A stretch of DNA of 64,000 nucleotides from Callorhinchus milii (Eukaryota), in NCBI RefSeq assembly GCF_018977255.1, contig NW_024704742.1, positions 134,790,001 through 134,854,000 of the forward strand, written 5' to 3'. Position numbers and translations under genes: made by a program. Shown here piece by piece: positions 38,728-52,917 of this stretch. How positions within the stretch are numbered: the first letter of the stretch is position 1; each line of letters begins with the position of its first letter. Below the pieces are notes generated by a model. The model saw only the letters and a program-made list of their open reading frames with translations. It had not been told where the DNA came from and did not search any database.

Positions 38728-40334
38728 CCCTCCAACCCACTCCTCTTGGCAGCCATGTTCAGCAAATACAGTGCTGGCTTTTATACTTAACAAACATCAG
38801 TAAATATCTCACAGGAATATTTTTGTTTTATATATATATATATATGTGTGTATTTATATATAGAATCCACAACTCATCTCTTGCGTAAAGCTATTCTCAT
38901 GAAAGCACAGCAGGATTTCAGACACACACCACACCACACCACACATGCAGTCAGGGTTCTTGTATATCAATACCCCAGCTGGTAAAATATTAAAATATGG
39001 TGAAATATTTCAAAAAGATCTGTAACACTATTCTACTGGGAGATCCATACAATGACTAGTTTGTCATTTGGAACTAGGGCCAATTAATTACGATTTGGGA
39101 TTGGCATCACACACACACACACACACAAATACATATACACATACACACATATATACACACACACAGACATACATACACACACACACACTTAAAAAATAGA
39201 CTTCCCAGCATGTTTCACCCTTTTAAGCTTTTAAGGAACATGCTAATGCTTTTCTGACCCCCCCTCCTGCTCTAACATGTGGCTCTGATTTGCGTTTTCA
39301 TTTCAATTATTTAATAAGGATATCATGTCAGTGCTGTGCAGGAGGCAAAATAATATTATTATTATTATTATTATATTATTATTATTATTAAAAGAGCACA
39401 CTGAGCAGGCTAACCCAGCCACCCACTCACCAAAGAGACTGCACAGAAATCCGGGCCCAACTATTACACACGGATTAAACAATAATAATAATCCTTGCGT
39501 TTGATATCGCGTCTTCAAGATGTCTCAAAGCGCTTCACAGAATATCCTGTAAAGTGAATTGGCTGTGTTTATTTTATGGGCTGATTAATATTATATTATA
39601 ATTAGCTGCTGCATTTCCGCCCACGAAAATGCATAGAAATCTTGCTAAGTTAGAGATTGATGTTAGGGAAGAGTGCATTTTCATTAGTGTGTGTGTGGGG
39701 AGGTGGAGGGGGGGGGGATATTCTTCCTCTCTTTCTCTCTCTCTCTCCCCCCACCCCACATCATTGGTACCCACTATGAATCACTAAACACCCCCCCCCA
39801 CCCCCACCATCCCAGGACTGATGTAACAGCTACACATAACTGCACTGATTAAAAACAATCTTCCTTCTAACACAGCCAGTGCACAGTCAAACAGGAAACC
39901 TAACCCCCAAATATATTGTGTGAGTGTGTATGTATGTGGTGGGTGGTGGGGGGGGGGGGGGGGTATAAAACATATCGATTTCAGGGGGAGAGGTGGATGA
40001 GGATGCTCGAGAGGTAACATATCACGACCTAGAATATAATACAGACAAATTTATCTTTCTTTTTTGGAGGGAGGGGAGTGGGGTTGGTGGAGGTGGTGGT
40101 GGTGAGGGGTGGGTGGGTGGGGGGTTGGTGGGTTGATCACGTTGCAAGGCGATCGATTGATCCTGAAGGACTGCAGACAGAAGGACAGACAGACACAGAC
40201 ACAGACACACACACACACACACAATTGCAATTGACACTATGGGAAATTGGGAAAATTCCCACACGCTCTGACTGTCCCGTTTGCGGTTGAGTGAACGAAT
40301 GGAGAGACGAATGAACAGTATAACATGTACTCAC

Positions 40335-40513
40335 CGAAATCCGCTGTGGAACATGTAGAACCTGGAACCCCCTTCGCCCATGTACCTCGGGGTGCTGAAC
40401 ACACTGTCTTTCTTGTGGGAAACGTAGCTGATCAGTGATAAAATCAGCAAAGCCACACTCAGCATCACCAGCCCCAACACACTGGCCATGCGAACCATCC
40501 TGTAAATCCTCAT
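40335..40513 (-). CDS. ST8SIA3: ST8 alpha-2,8-sialyltransferase 3, coding exon 1 (cytoplasmic tail and signal anchor)
   Basis: MRIYRMVRMASVLGLVMLSVALLILSLISYVSHKK...YMFHSGFR; 179 nt; donor CG|GTGAGT at 40335/40334. Confidence 0.96.
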
Positions 40514-40519
40514 GTTGCA

Positions 40520-40550
<31 letters not shown>

Positions 40551-41254
40551 CACTCCCTCCCCTCCCAAACCCACCCCCACACACAACCCACGTTCAGCAG
40601 CCAAATAACCAGGGCAGGGACATCTTTTTTTCTGAATCCCTTTAGGAAGAGAGAGAGAGAGAGAGATGGATAGAGAGAGAGAGAGAGGGGGGGAGAGAGA
40701 GAGAGGGATGGAGAGAGAGAGAGAGAGGGAGACACACACACACACACACACAGAGAAAAAAAATAAAGGCAATTATATATTATATATATATATATATCGA
40801 TGTATATCTATCTCTACATGCATGCAATATCTTATTCTGTGAATTTGCAATAAAAAAAAATGGAAGGGAGTGGAGTCTGCAATGCAGAAATGGCAGACCA
40901 GTTGCGTTAGTGATACGTTGCTATTGGTTTGATACCCACCCACACTACACACACACACACTCACTCACTCACTCACTCAGTCACTCACATTGCTCCCAGC
41001 GCAGCCTCTCTTCATTCCCCTCTGCTGTGCTGTGAATGTGACTGGAATAGATGCTCCACTTTACTCGCCCAAGTCACACAACACACACCACACACACACA
41101 CACACACAAATAAAATACAATTCAAAACAACAACCCAGCACTTGTCAAAAGAATTCTTGCCAAACTGCTTCTGTGAGCTTCAATGATAATAATAATTATG
41201 ATATGATAAAATGGAATAATAACAGTGCTTGCATTTGATAGGAATCCCCTTAAC

Positions 41255-41297
<43 letters not shown>

Positions 41298-41603
41298 GCC
41301 TCGCATTTGATGTAGCGCTTTTCACGTCGGGGGAACGTCCCAAAGCGCTTCACAGAACACACTGTAAAGTGAATTGACTGTATATTTGTGGGCGAATGCG
41401 GCAGCCAATTGTGCACAGCAATGTCCCACAAACAGTCGTAGATTGGAAATTACCAATTTATTATTGTTTTTGGTTTTGGAGGGATTATTATTAGGCTCTG
41501 TGTGGAGTAAGGAAACTTGCCCAAGGTTTCGCCCTCTGCCTGGAATTGAACTCAGGTCTCTCGCTTGCAAAGGGAGTGCTCTAACCACTGAGCTACAGGA
41601 CTC
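41255..41603 (-). mobile_element. Full-length young SINE (short subfamily) nested in an older SINE (~41210-41820), ~0.75 kb upstream of the ST8SIA3 ATG
   Basis: Near-identical reverse complement of 62004-62325; degenerate SINE tail on the left and SINE body on the right. Confidence 0.9.
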
Positions 41604-44384
41604 CACAATGCCTTCCAGACGCCCCAAAGCACTCGGACAGAGTGTGTTGTAAAGTGTCCTTTGACTGCGTGTTTTGTGGGCGCAACGTGGCAGCCAATTG
41701 CGCACAGCAGGGTCCCACGCACAGTCGTGGATTGAATGACCATTTTTTTGGAAGTATTATACTGCCAGAAAGCAATCCGCCAGTCGACTAACAAGTGGGT
41801 TTCTACTTCACTGCTGGTGAAATAAAATAATTAATAAATTATCAAATGCAAGACATTTGTATGATTGTTTTTAACTCTGGCACAATTTCATTCTCCTATT
41901 CTCACTCACTTCACTGTTCAAGTTCTGGGCCAATACAAAGATTATTAATACTGCTCAGATCCGCAATCATCCCCTATTCATTTTCTGATCGCTTTGAACC
42001 CAACTTGTTCAGTCAGTTAAAAGTTACCTATCTGCTGCTGTGCGCAATTGGCTGCCGCGGTTTGCCCACAAAATACACAGTCAATCCACTTTACAGTATA
42101 TTCTGTGAAGCGCTTTGAGACGTCTAGAAAGTGTGAGAAGCCCTGTATCAAATGCAAGGATTATTATTATTATATTCTGTGAAGCGCTTTGAGAAGTCCC
42201 AACTATGCGATAAGGTGCTGTATTCGCCCACAAATATACAAAGCAAGTCATTTTACAGTGTGTTCTGTGAAGCGCTTTGGCACGTCCTCTCGACGTGAAA
42301 AGCGCTATATCAAATGCACGGATTATTATTATCATTAATATTGAATAGTTAAATATGTATATGAGAATAATTGATACATTTATTTAGCTGGCTATACAGT
42401 CAGTCAGTTTCCTTCAGCCTTGCAGTTCAGGTTCAACAGCAACAAGTTGCATTTATAGAGCTCCCCTCATGCAGGGTAGCGTCCCAGAGCGCTTTCGGAA
42501 GACAGAAAGGGACCGCCTTGAATTTTCAAATAAACGTGGATTTTTTCTCCGGCTGTACTTGTCTTATTCGTGCAATTTTACCCCTAAATTCAACTCAGCA
42601 CATTACGTCTTATGGGAAATGGCTGGTGCATGTTACACTAAAAATACTTGCTTTTGATATAGTGCCTTTCACGTTGAGAGGAAATCTCAAAGCACTTCAC
42701 AGGATTTACTGTGTATTTTTAGGTGAACACAGTAGCAACACTTGGCCCATAAATATGCCCTGTTTGCATATATAATATTCACTTCATTTCTAATAATAAT
42801 GCTAAACCTTGCATTTCATATAGCACCTTATCAGGTCTTCAAGACATCTCAAAGCACTTCATATATCCTGTCAAGTTAGTTGGCTGTATAGTATTGTGGA
42901 CGAAACATTTTATTCTGTAAAATGCTAATTTGTAAAATATTTGAAATGCTCAGTTTACATGAAAGGTGAACGCTAATCACTTTTGTTATTACCTTGGCCG
43001 GGTAAAAAGGCATGAAAACAGAGATTAAAATCTGTAATTATGAGTCTTATTGACAACGTAAAAGAAATCGCGATAACACTGATTATAATCTAAATGATTG
43101 AACTTGTTCTTCTCTGGTATTTGAGTTTAAAGATTGAAGATGCACTTCAGAAAAAAAATAGCACACATAGGCTCCAAATTCCTGATTCTCTTAGCCTTGA
43201 GAAAATCATCTTCAAATTGAAGATCATGTAGAATTTTGGAAGACCCTTAAATTTAATTTGCCCACAATTTAGTATTGCGCAGAAAATATACAGTCAATTC
43301 ACTTTACAATATATTCTGTGAAGCACTTTGAGACGTCTCAATGACATGATAAGGTGCTATATGAAATGCAAGGATTATTATTATTAATTTAACAATGAAA
43401 AAATGGCTTCTAAGTTAAGTTTGAATTTAGGAATTTTCCAAAATTAATAATAATAATAATCCTTGTATTTGATATAGTGCTTCATCATGTCATTGAGACG
43501 TCACAAAGTGCTTCGCAGAATGTATATTGTAAAGTGGATTGACTGTATACTTTGTGGGTGAAATATTCCGTGCAACCCCATATATTAAGGACTAAAGCTA
43601 CACTTAAAGCTAAAATCATCCAGACATTTTAAGTCAGATTTGATTCCAAATCTTTGCCACAAATGGATGTTAGACATTCAATTCTTCCTTTTACATATAC
43701 CCTCCCTCCTTCATGGGGGCATTAAAATAACCAATATGAATATTATTTAATTTTAGTGCTTACCTAATTCCAGAAAGTATTAGGTGCAGGTTGGGAAGAG
43801 CCAAGGCTTGGGGACCCTAGAGTGTGCGTTGGGGTCCAACCAGCTAAACCTGTGTAGCTTGCTATTGATAGAAAGAAAAAAGATGGAGAGCTGAGTTGAA
43901 TGGAATGTTTCCTAGACTGAAGATGCAGTGAATCATGTTCCATATAACAAATAAAAGTGGGCCCACTCTTATTTGTTATACAGAGATTTACATAGATTTA
44001 TGCAAATTATACAGCATGGAAATAGGCCATTCAGCCTAACTAGTCCATGCCGGAGTTTATACTCCACATGGGTCAATGGAGTATTTACGGTTCGAATCAA
44101 TACGGATGTTTTGGTTAGTGGAGGTATTAAATGTTATGACAAAAGTGTGGGACAGTGGGATAAAAAGATCTGCCAAAATCTGACAACGAGTGGAACAGGT
44201 GGACCAGGTTCAAAGGGCTGAATGGCCTCCATTTATTACTGTTTCTGTTATTTGGGGTTAAGAATTGACAGAGCAACATAAAAATCTGCTGATTACACCA
44301 CGCCTGCTTTATCTAATTCTGGAAACTATTATGCACAGATTGGCAAGTGCCAAGGCTTAGTGACCCCAGAGTGTGCAATTTACT

Positions 44385-45110
44385 GTAAAGTGACTGAATA
44401 TTTTAGGTGAACTCAGCAGCCAATTTGCTCATGGCAATGTTTCCCAACAGCCGTGAAGTGATCGATTTTATCTGGAGATTTGTTGACCAGGACACCAGGA
44501 GAAACTTCCTTCCCTTTAGCACCAACAACAACTTGCATTTATATAGCACCCTTCACACAGGGTAGCGTCCCGGGGCGCTAAGCAGTGGCAGAGTCTGAAG
44601 GGAGATGGGGGGGGGGGGAGAGGTGATGGTAAGCACGATCAAAAAGGAAGGTTTAGGCGGGATTTGAAAGTGGGGAGAGAGGGGGCAAGGCGGAGGGATT
44701 GGGGGAAAGAGTTCCAGAGCTTTGGGGAGTAGTGGCTGAAAGCATAGCCGCCAATGGTGGAGCGGAGGAACTCAGGGATGAACAGGAGGCCGGAGCCTGC
44801 CGGGTGGAGGCAGCGGGTGATGGAGTGTGGGGCGAGTAAGTCAGAAAGGTAAGGAGGTGCGAAGACTGGTGTAATGGGGGTCCGGAGTTTTTTGTGAGTT
44901 AGTATCCGGGTGGCAGAGTCGTGCCGTGGCATAATTAACATCCGCCTGAAGGGCAGACACAATCTGGGTTTGACATCTCATCCGAAAGATGGCATCTCTG
45001 AAAATTCAGCATTGGAGTGTCAGCTTGGACTATGGGCTTAATCCTGACTCAAACCCACAACCTTCTGACTCAGAGGCACGAGTGCTAGCGACTGTGCCAG
45101 GCTGATACCT
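44385..45110 (-). mobile_element. Old Deu-domain SINE with tRNA-like head, split by the L2 insertion
   Basis: 3' part at 44385-44520; Deu domain and head at 44921-45110 (CATCTCATCCGAAAGATGGCA...AACCCACAACCTTCTGACTCAGAGGC). Confidence 0.75.
44522..44920 (-). mobile_element. L2-clade LINE 3' end, family B, nested in a Deu-type SINE
   Basis: SATRILT...TPITPV...PYLSDLL...IGGYAFSHYSPKLWNSFPQSLRLAPSLPTFKSRL. Confidence 0.87.
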
Positions 45111-46776
45111 GATAGTACGAAAGGGGGAAGGAAATGCTCTTAAAAAGACATCACCACAAGATAAAGCCATTAAAAAGGCAAATAGAGCCCCTAGTTTAAT
45201 ATGTAGAGATACAGAATACAAAAGCAATGAAATAATGTGAAATGCCTTAGTTAGGCCATAATTAGAGTATTGTGTTACAGATTTGTATTGCATTGAAGTG
45301 TATAAAACCATTAGAAGAGGTACAATGCAGTTACAATAGAATTTTATCAGGGATGAGGGATTTCAGTTATGAAGAGAGGTTTGAAGGGAAGGAGAATGGG
45401 ACTAAATGGATAGTTCTGCCAAACAGCCAACACAGAATAGCCTCCTTCTGTGTAGTATTTGGCTATTTGGCTCCCTTCTCTAAGCACAGAATACACAGTA
45501 CACAGTCAATCCATCATAATATATTCTGTGAAACACTTTGAGATGACTCAACGACATGATAAGGCGCTATGGAACCCGCTTGTTATTAGGAACCCGATTG
45601 TTAGTTGATTGGCGTATCGCTTTCTGTGAGTAATAATCCCTTCAAAATAATAATAATCATAATGTGGTCACTCAATCCACGACTGTTTGGGATGTCACTG
45701 TGCGCAATTGGCTGCTGCGTTTCACCCACAAAACACACGGTCACTACACTTGACAGTGTATTCTGTGAAGCGCTTTGAGACGTCTCGAAGAAATGATAAG
45801 GCTCTATATGAAATGCAAGGATTAATATTATTACATCAATTGCAAGGATTATTATTAATGTTATAAAATAGTATGATTCTAAGAAGGCAAATGTTGTGAA
45901 TGATTTGAATTCCACAGCGTCTATGCATTTATGGGTACGTACACTGACTCCCTGTCCCCCAGTGGATTGAGTTTGAAATCCTCCTTCAAATCCCTTCAAG
46001 GTCTCACCCTCACTACCTCTGCATCCTCCTTCAACCACAATTATCTAGGGGCTCCCTTCACTAAGCGAACACAAGCCAGATTCCTGTCTCCCCACCCTAT
46101 CTGCCCGCTATCAGCAGGGGGCCTTTCAACAATTCTACCCCCACTCTCTGGAACTCCATCCTGGAATCCCTCTGACTCATTCCCTCCCTCCCTCCCTCCC
46201 CTTGTTCAAGGTGTAACAAACAAATCTCTTTGATCATCGTAAAGCGTGCCTGTGCAGCTCGTTGAAAGAGCAATCCAACAGCCCACTCCCCCGCTTTTAC
46301 CCCACAGCCCTTTTCAAGCACAAGTTCCCTTTTGCAAGCTATTATGGAATCTGCTTCCACCATCTTTTAGGCAGTGTATTACAGATTACATCAACGCTCT
46401 GGGCAAAAAAAATTCTCCTAATTTCCCCTCTGGTTCTTTTGCGAATTATCTTAAATCTGTGTCCTCTGGTTACTAACCCACCTGTGAGAGGAAACAGTTT
46501 CCCCTTAATTACTCTAGTGCTAATTTACTTGAATCGTGCTCGTCTCTTCCTCCCCACCCGCAATCTGAGCTTGGGAACACATCGGGGATCATGAAGAGTT
46601 TTTAGACATCCTTGTGACATGAAAAGTGCTGTATGAATATAAGCTGTATTGTTACATGCCAAAGATTTTTCAACAGTGTAATAGCCAGTCACGCTTGCCT
46701 TGTCATGTCTGGTCTGATTTTCTTTATCTGAAAACTTCACATTTCTCAAAAACCCGATGGTTGTTTTTTATGATAG

Positions 46777-46992
46777 AATAATAATAATAATTCTTGCATT
46801 TGACATAGCGCTTTTCACGTCTTCTCGACGTCTCAAAGCGCTTCACAGAATAGACTGTAAAGTGAATTGACCGTATATTTGTGGGCGAACGCGGCAGCCA
46901 ATTGTCACAGCAGCGTCCCACAAACAGTCGTGGATTGAAAATGACCAATTTATTATTGGCTTTGTTTTTGGAGGGATTATTATTAGGCGTGT
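46777..46992 (-). mobile_element. 5'-truncated SINE, intermediate subfamily
   Basis: Same body and deletion junction (ATTATTAGGCGTGT) as 29237-29558. Confidence 0.85.
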
Positions 46993-48266
46993 ACTAACAC
47001 ATGCGAGCAAGTCCTTCATGCATTCTGAAAAAAAAGCTTTGTTCGCCAGCTGTTTTCATCCAGTGCAGGACTGTTGCTATCTTAAGGGGGTTTATAACTA
47101 GCAGTGATCTGTTTGTTGCTTCAGGCAAAGTTAATTATTAACAACTCGCAATGTAAGTTGTAAGATATACCTGTGATTCTATTTCTCCCCCTTCCCAGTG
47201 TGAAAGAATACGTAATGCGCTCTTTAACTGCTCATAAGACCAGGGCAGCCCTGGCTCAGTTCCCAAAATATAGTTGTGTAATTTACTAAGAGGACAATGA
47301 TACCTTGTGCTTAACTAGAGACACGAACAGCAGTTAATGGCAAAGGCATATACTACTGTTGGAGGGCAAAAACAAGATCGGCAGCATTGTACAATAGCAT
47401 GCTTGCATCTGTGCTGCTTTTACAGCTACCTGTATTACCCCTATCTTACGCACACAGCAGCTTAAGCAGGGTGTGTGAAAGCAGTCATTTCATGTCATTA
47501 GCAAGAAGATCCACTTATAAACCTTCAGTCTTGTTTGCTGAACAACTTCAGCGAGTTGGGTCCATTTAACTTCATATGTTGTAGAGGTTCCGCAATGAAG
47601 GAAATTCAACCTTTTAAATTGTTTTTTTATTGCTGATCAAGATCCACAGGTTAGATTAGACCATGTTAATAACAGAGCCTTTAAGATTTTCTTTACCATC
47701 CTGTTTCACTGCAGGGTGAAGACTTTCTAATGAAGTCAGTCTACGATACTATTTTCATCATTGAAAGTAACTGATTCAGGTGCTAATTGGGTATTTAACA
47801 ATGTCTGAATGGATTTTTAACTGAGTCTTGCCAGCTTCCCACTGGGAGGAAGTGAAAGCTAATCACTGAGGTGGTCCTATCTTCTAGGAACGGGAAGGGG
47901 AATTAGCACTTGTGATGTGAGAACTGTCACCAGTAATGATCCCAAGTTACGGAATTTGCGGGTGTTTTTGTCCAGTAACAAATACCTTCAAATATCTCAT
48001 TAATCGGGCCTTCAGCATGTCTGCTCCTTCCCTTTGGAACTCCATCCCACATTCCCTTCGCCTCCCGACGTGAAAGGCACTTTACAAATTTTTTTTATTG
48101 TATTGTATCCTCAATTTAAGATGTTTCCCCACCTTCTCCCAATCTGCCTCTGAAAGTAGATTGCATCAGATCAGAGCTCCTGTGGATCGGCATTGGATAC
48201 ACAACATCCAATTACTGGAAGGAGTCAAAGCTGTGATGGGAAGACAGTGGAGGAGCTAATCTCATG

Positions 48267-48623
48267 GAGTCCTGTAGCTTAGTGGTTAGCATGCTCACCT
48301 CGCAAGCAAGAGGACCCCTGTTTGATTCCAAGGTGGGGAGAAACCATAGGCAAGTTTCCTTACTCCGCACGCCTCTTTTTACCTAGTAAGTAACAACCCA
48401 GTTGTTAGTCAATTAGCGGATCGCTTTCTGGGGTAATAATCCCTTAAAAATAGAAAAATTATTTGGTCGCTCAATCCACGACTGTTTTTGGGACACTGTT
48501 GTGCACAATTGGCTGCCACATTTTACCCACAAAATACAGTCAATCCACTTGACAATATATTGTGTGAAGCGCTTTGAGACATCTTAATAATAAGGCCCTA
48601 TATCAAATGCAAGGATTACTATT
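48267..48623 (+). mobile_element. Full-length older SINE, long subfamily
   Basis: Head GAGTCCTGTAGCTTAGTGG; retains the middle segment GCCTCTTTTTACCTAGTAAG...GCGGATCGCTTTC; tail AAATGCAAGGATTA. Confidence 0.88.
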
Positions 48624-49149
48624 TTGGAAGGTTGCAATCAAATGTTCCAAAGGGCTTTCGTTATGCAACCTCCTCTTGCGATGTTGTTAGTCTTAAATTA
48701 GATTTCTAGAAACCCAGAAATTTTCAGCATGATAGGAAGTTATCATCGTGTTTGGGCTAGGATGTAACCAGGCAGAAGGCTAAATGAGAGAAAAAGAGGG
48801 AGCTTGCTATCTGTTTTTCTAAGGCTTCTTAATATTGTTACTTCTCAAGTCCTTATCCAGTTCCCTTTAGATTGTATTGATCCATTAGCCATTTGTAGTA
48901 ATGAATTCCATGCCCTAACAACCCACTGAGTGAAGAAAATCCTCCTAATCTCTTCTCTGATTGTTCAGTTAATAATCCCGACACTATGTCTCCTTGACAC
49001 CTCTAAGTGCTCCGAGACGCTATCCTGTGTGAAGGATGCTATACAAATGCAAATTGTTGCTTTTGACACCAATTCCCCACCGAAAGGAAATTGCTTTCCC
49101 CATTAGCTTGTAGTGCTCCTTCACGATTTTAAGCATCTCTATCATCATC

Positions 49150-49520
49150 ATAATGATAATAATAATAAACCATCCATTTCATATAGTGCCTTATCATGTT
49201 GTTGAGATATCTCAAAATGCTTCAGAATATATTGTACCGTGGATTGACTGTGTATTTTTTGGGGCGAAACACAGCAGCCAATTACTTACAGTAATGTCCC
49301 ACAAACATTCATAGATTGGGTAACCACATTTTTTTGGGACTGTTTATTACCCTCGGAAAGCGATCCTCCAATCGACTGCCAATAAGGTTCCAACATACTG
49401 CAGGGTATACAGAGGTGTGTGGAGTAAGGAAATTTGCCCAAGGTTTCGTCCCACCCAGGAGTCGAACCTGGGTCCTCTCGCTTGTGAAGCGAGCCCGCTA
49501 ACCACTGAGACACAGGACTC
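49150..49520 (-). mobile_element. Full-length older SINE, long subfamily
   Basis: Reverse-complement match to 48267-48623 from head to tail. Confidence 0.85.
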
Positions 49521-50474
49521 CTCTTATTATCCTAAATTTTAGTGAAAAAAAACATTTCAGCCAGCCTCAAATTCAAGCGTATATTGTCTCATGCCTTAGT
49601 GAACCAATCTATACAGCAACGTTCCAGTAATAAGGCTAAAACTAAACACAATTCCTTCACTAACTATGACAGTATTTCTAAATAATGTAATGCTGAAATT
49701 GTCGGCTGTAATAATAATGATGATGATGATGTGACCATATAAAACAAACATAGTTCCTGTAATCATATGGGATGACTGGCAACTGGGATTGTTAATTAGA
49801 CTATTCAGAAATGGCTTCACAAAATACCTGGTGAACAAAATATCAATCAACCTCCTGCAAACAAGGAGCTTTTTTAGGAAATTAAACAGGCTAAGAAAAA
49901 TAACATCCATTCATATGTAACATGGCAATGTTATTGGTCTGGTTGACCCGTAACGGAAAACCACTTAGAAATTATCTATACTAATTTAAACTGTAATAAC
50001 ATTATAATAACAGCAATAATCCTTGCATTCGCTTTAGCACCTTATCATATCAGAGGGTTGACTCAAAACCCTTCACACGGTTTTACTGTGAAGTGAGCAG
50101 CTGTGTATTTGTCAGTGAATACCAGATTCTAAGCATTCCACTTTAATGCCAAGCAATACTCACATTCCTTTTGTACCCAAATGTTTCCAGCGCTACCAAC
50201 TTACTGCAGATGATTTGGAGTCTATTCTTCACGTACAAACATAGGGATAATAATTGCAGCATGCGAAGTTATCACAGGTGATGTGAACTACACTATTTCA
50301 ATGGCAAGGATTTTTCAATTATGATTTCTGCCTTTGTTTCAAAGCATTTTGTAACTAGGCATCAGCAATGGAACAAAACATATTCTGACCCTGACCAACA
50401 CCTATCTGCTGTTCAACCCATCGTAAGATCCTTTCTGAAACAATCTGGAATTTTACTCTGGTTCACTGCAGAAA

Positions 50475-51380
50475 TTCTCGTGGATTGAGTGACCATATTT
50501 GTAATATTTTTTTGTGGGATTATTACCCCCGGAAAGTGCCAATTGACTAACAACCGGATTCCTACTTGCTGCTAGGTAAACAGAGGCGTGTGGAGTAAGG
50601 AAACTTGCCTAAGATTTCACTCGGCTCGAGAATTGAACCCGGGTCCTCTCGGTTACAAGGCGAGAGCACTAACCACTACGCTACGGGACTCCGCAAGAAC
50701 TAAGCTGTTGGGTAAAAAAAATACTTCCTGGTGTCTGTCCTGAAATTGCCCTTTGCAACCTTAAATCTTTGTCATCTTGTTCTGCTCTTTCATTCTGTCT
50801 TCTTGAAATCAAACAAAGGAATCCCTCACCCACAGTAAGAATCAAAGAAGACGGTGATTTAACTCTGGAAAGCAGGGACAGAGAAAACACTTCCCAGAAG
50901 TGTGTGTGTGTGTGTTTTGGGGGCAGTGGGAGGAGGGAAGAGAAAGGTACTAGGACACATTAGTCAACTGGCGGATCGCTTGACAGGGGTAATAATCCCT
51001 TCCCCCAAAAATTGGTCACTCAATCCACAAACAATCCCAGTGTTTGTGGGGGACACTGCTGTGCACAATTGGCTGTCGTGTTTCACACACAATAGTATAC
51101 AGCCAATTCACTTTACAGTATATTCTGCTGTAAGTAGAAACCCACTTATTAGTCGATTAGCAGATCGCTTTCCAGGGGTAATAATTCCTTCAAAAAAAAT
51201 AATAATGTGGTCACTGAATCCACGAATGTGGGACACTGCTGTGCACAATTGGCTGCCGAGTTTCGCCCACAAAACACACAGTGGCTCCACTTTACTTTAC
51301 AGTGTATGCTGTCAAACGCTAATGCGACGTCTCAAAGACATAATAAGGTGCTATATCAAATGCAAGGATTATTATTATTA
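50475..51380. mobile_element. Cluster of long-subfamily SINE pieces (5' half on - at 50475-50691; two 3' parts on + at ~50955-51125 and ~51130-51380)
   Basis: Matches to the head and body of 48267-48623. Confidence 0.8.
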
Positions 51381-52917
51381 TGTTATTGTTCTTGGATGCA
51401 TTTCTGCATTGTCAGTGGTAATTAAAGAAAACAGAATGAGTTTTGCTGTGCTGTGAGATTTTGCTGATGCAATTGGCTGCTGCGTTGTGCTGCACAAGTC
51501 ACTACACATGACAGCTATTGCTTATAAGGCCTGTTTACAGCGTACATGGTGAGGCCCTACAAATATGCAAGCTCTTTCTGCAATAACGTAAAGTAGCTAA
51601 ATAACTGACTGGCGTTATTTAGTGGAGAATGCACAAAGCTCACCTCATCCTCTGGTTTGAAAAGCTGCAGGATATAAATCAGCCATTTTTACTCTGAATC
51701 ACTCTACGTTGTAATGCTATGCTTCCCTGTTCTCTGCATCCAATTACTACTCATAACAACGCAATACACTTGCCAATCCGCTGTCAGTCATTCTTGTTTG
51801 CCTTTCATTTGGTTTCAGTGACTTTTATCTTAAAGGTAGCAGTTCAATAGAATTGCTGCAGAGAAACTCACAGAACAACCACATGAACAACTCAGACAAA
51901 ATACTTTGAACCAGGGAGAAATAGCAAATTATATATATATTTAAATATATATATATTTACTGTGTATGTAAGAATTATCTGTGTTTGTCCACGAAACACG
52001 CAGTCACTGCACTTTACAGTACATTTCGCCCACAAAATACACATTCAATCTACTTAACAGTATATCATGGGAAGTGCTTTGAGACGTCTCAATGACATGA
52101 TAAGGTGCTATATCAGATGCAAGGATTATTATTGTTATTGGGATATCCTCCTGATGTGAAAGGTGCTATACTAAATGTAAGAATTACTATCATTATTATA
52201 ACAATTTTTAAGTCTCTGATGATATAAATTAGTTGAACTTCCCCCCATACACCCGTCATGATATATGAATCTCTTAGTATAATTACTGCCTTGTTTCTCA
52301 CTGCCTGCAATCTATTAAACCTATGCAGCTTTCACGCACGCGCAACAAGCTTAATATCCCACTATTCCTTTTAAATTTTGCCATTGTTTATGGTTGCATC
52401 GCAATTCAAACCAGCCGAAGATTCCGTGCCCAAAAGGTTAAATAGTTCTGCGGAAAAATTAGGAAAGGTGATAAAGGAAAGCTGATGCCTTAAGCAGTTA
52501 AGTTTTTTTTTGCTGATATACAGATCGCAGGTCAGTGCTCAACCAGCCACTCCGGGACAAAGGCTATTGCACACACAAACTGACCACTACTGACCAAAGG
52601 CTACAGTTTCCTAGCAACCAATCGTCTGGAGAGCTCTTGCTAAATTGCAGTCAGTCTGATCAATTTTTATCACGTGGTCCAACTGACCGGTATCAATCAC
52701 GTTGAGTCGTGGAGAGTGTGGAGAGATCTAATTCATTAAACGTCTTCTGCAAATAGCCCCCAAAGCAAACAAGAGTAAGGGTTCGGTATTAAAGAGATGC
52801 TTTAAATACGACTAAATATTTCTTTGTACATCCCTGAAAGAGTAAGTGCTTTCCATTGTCCTTCTGCTTAAATTTAGCAGCGACGGGAGTAATGAATGCA
52901 TTGCTATTTACACACCT

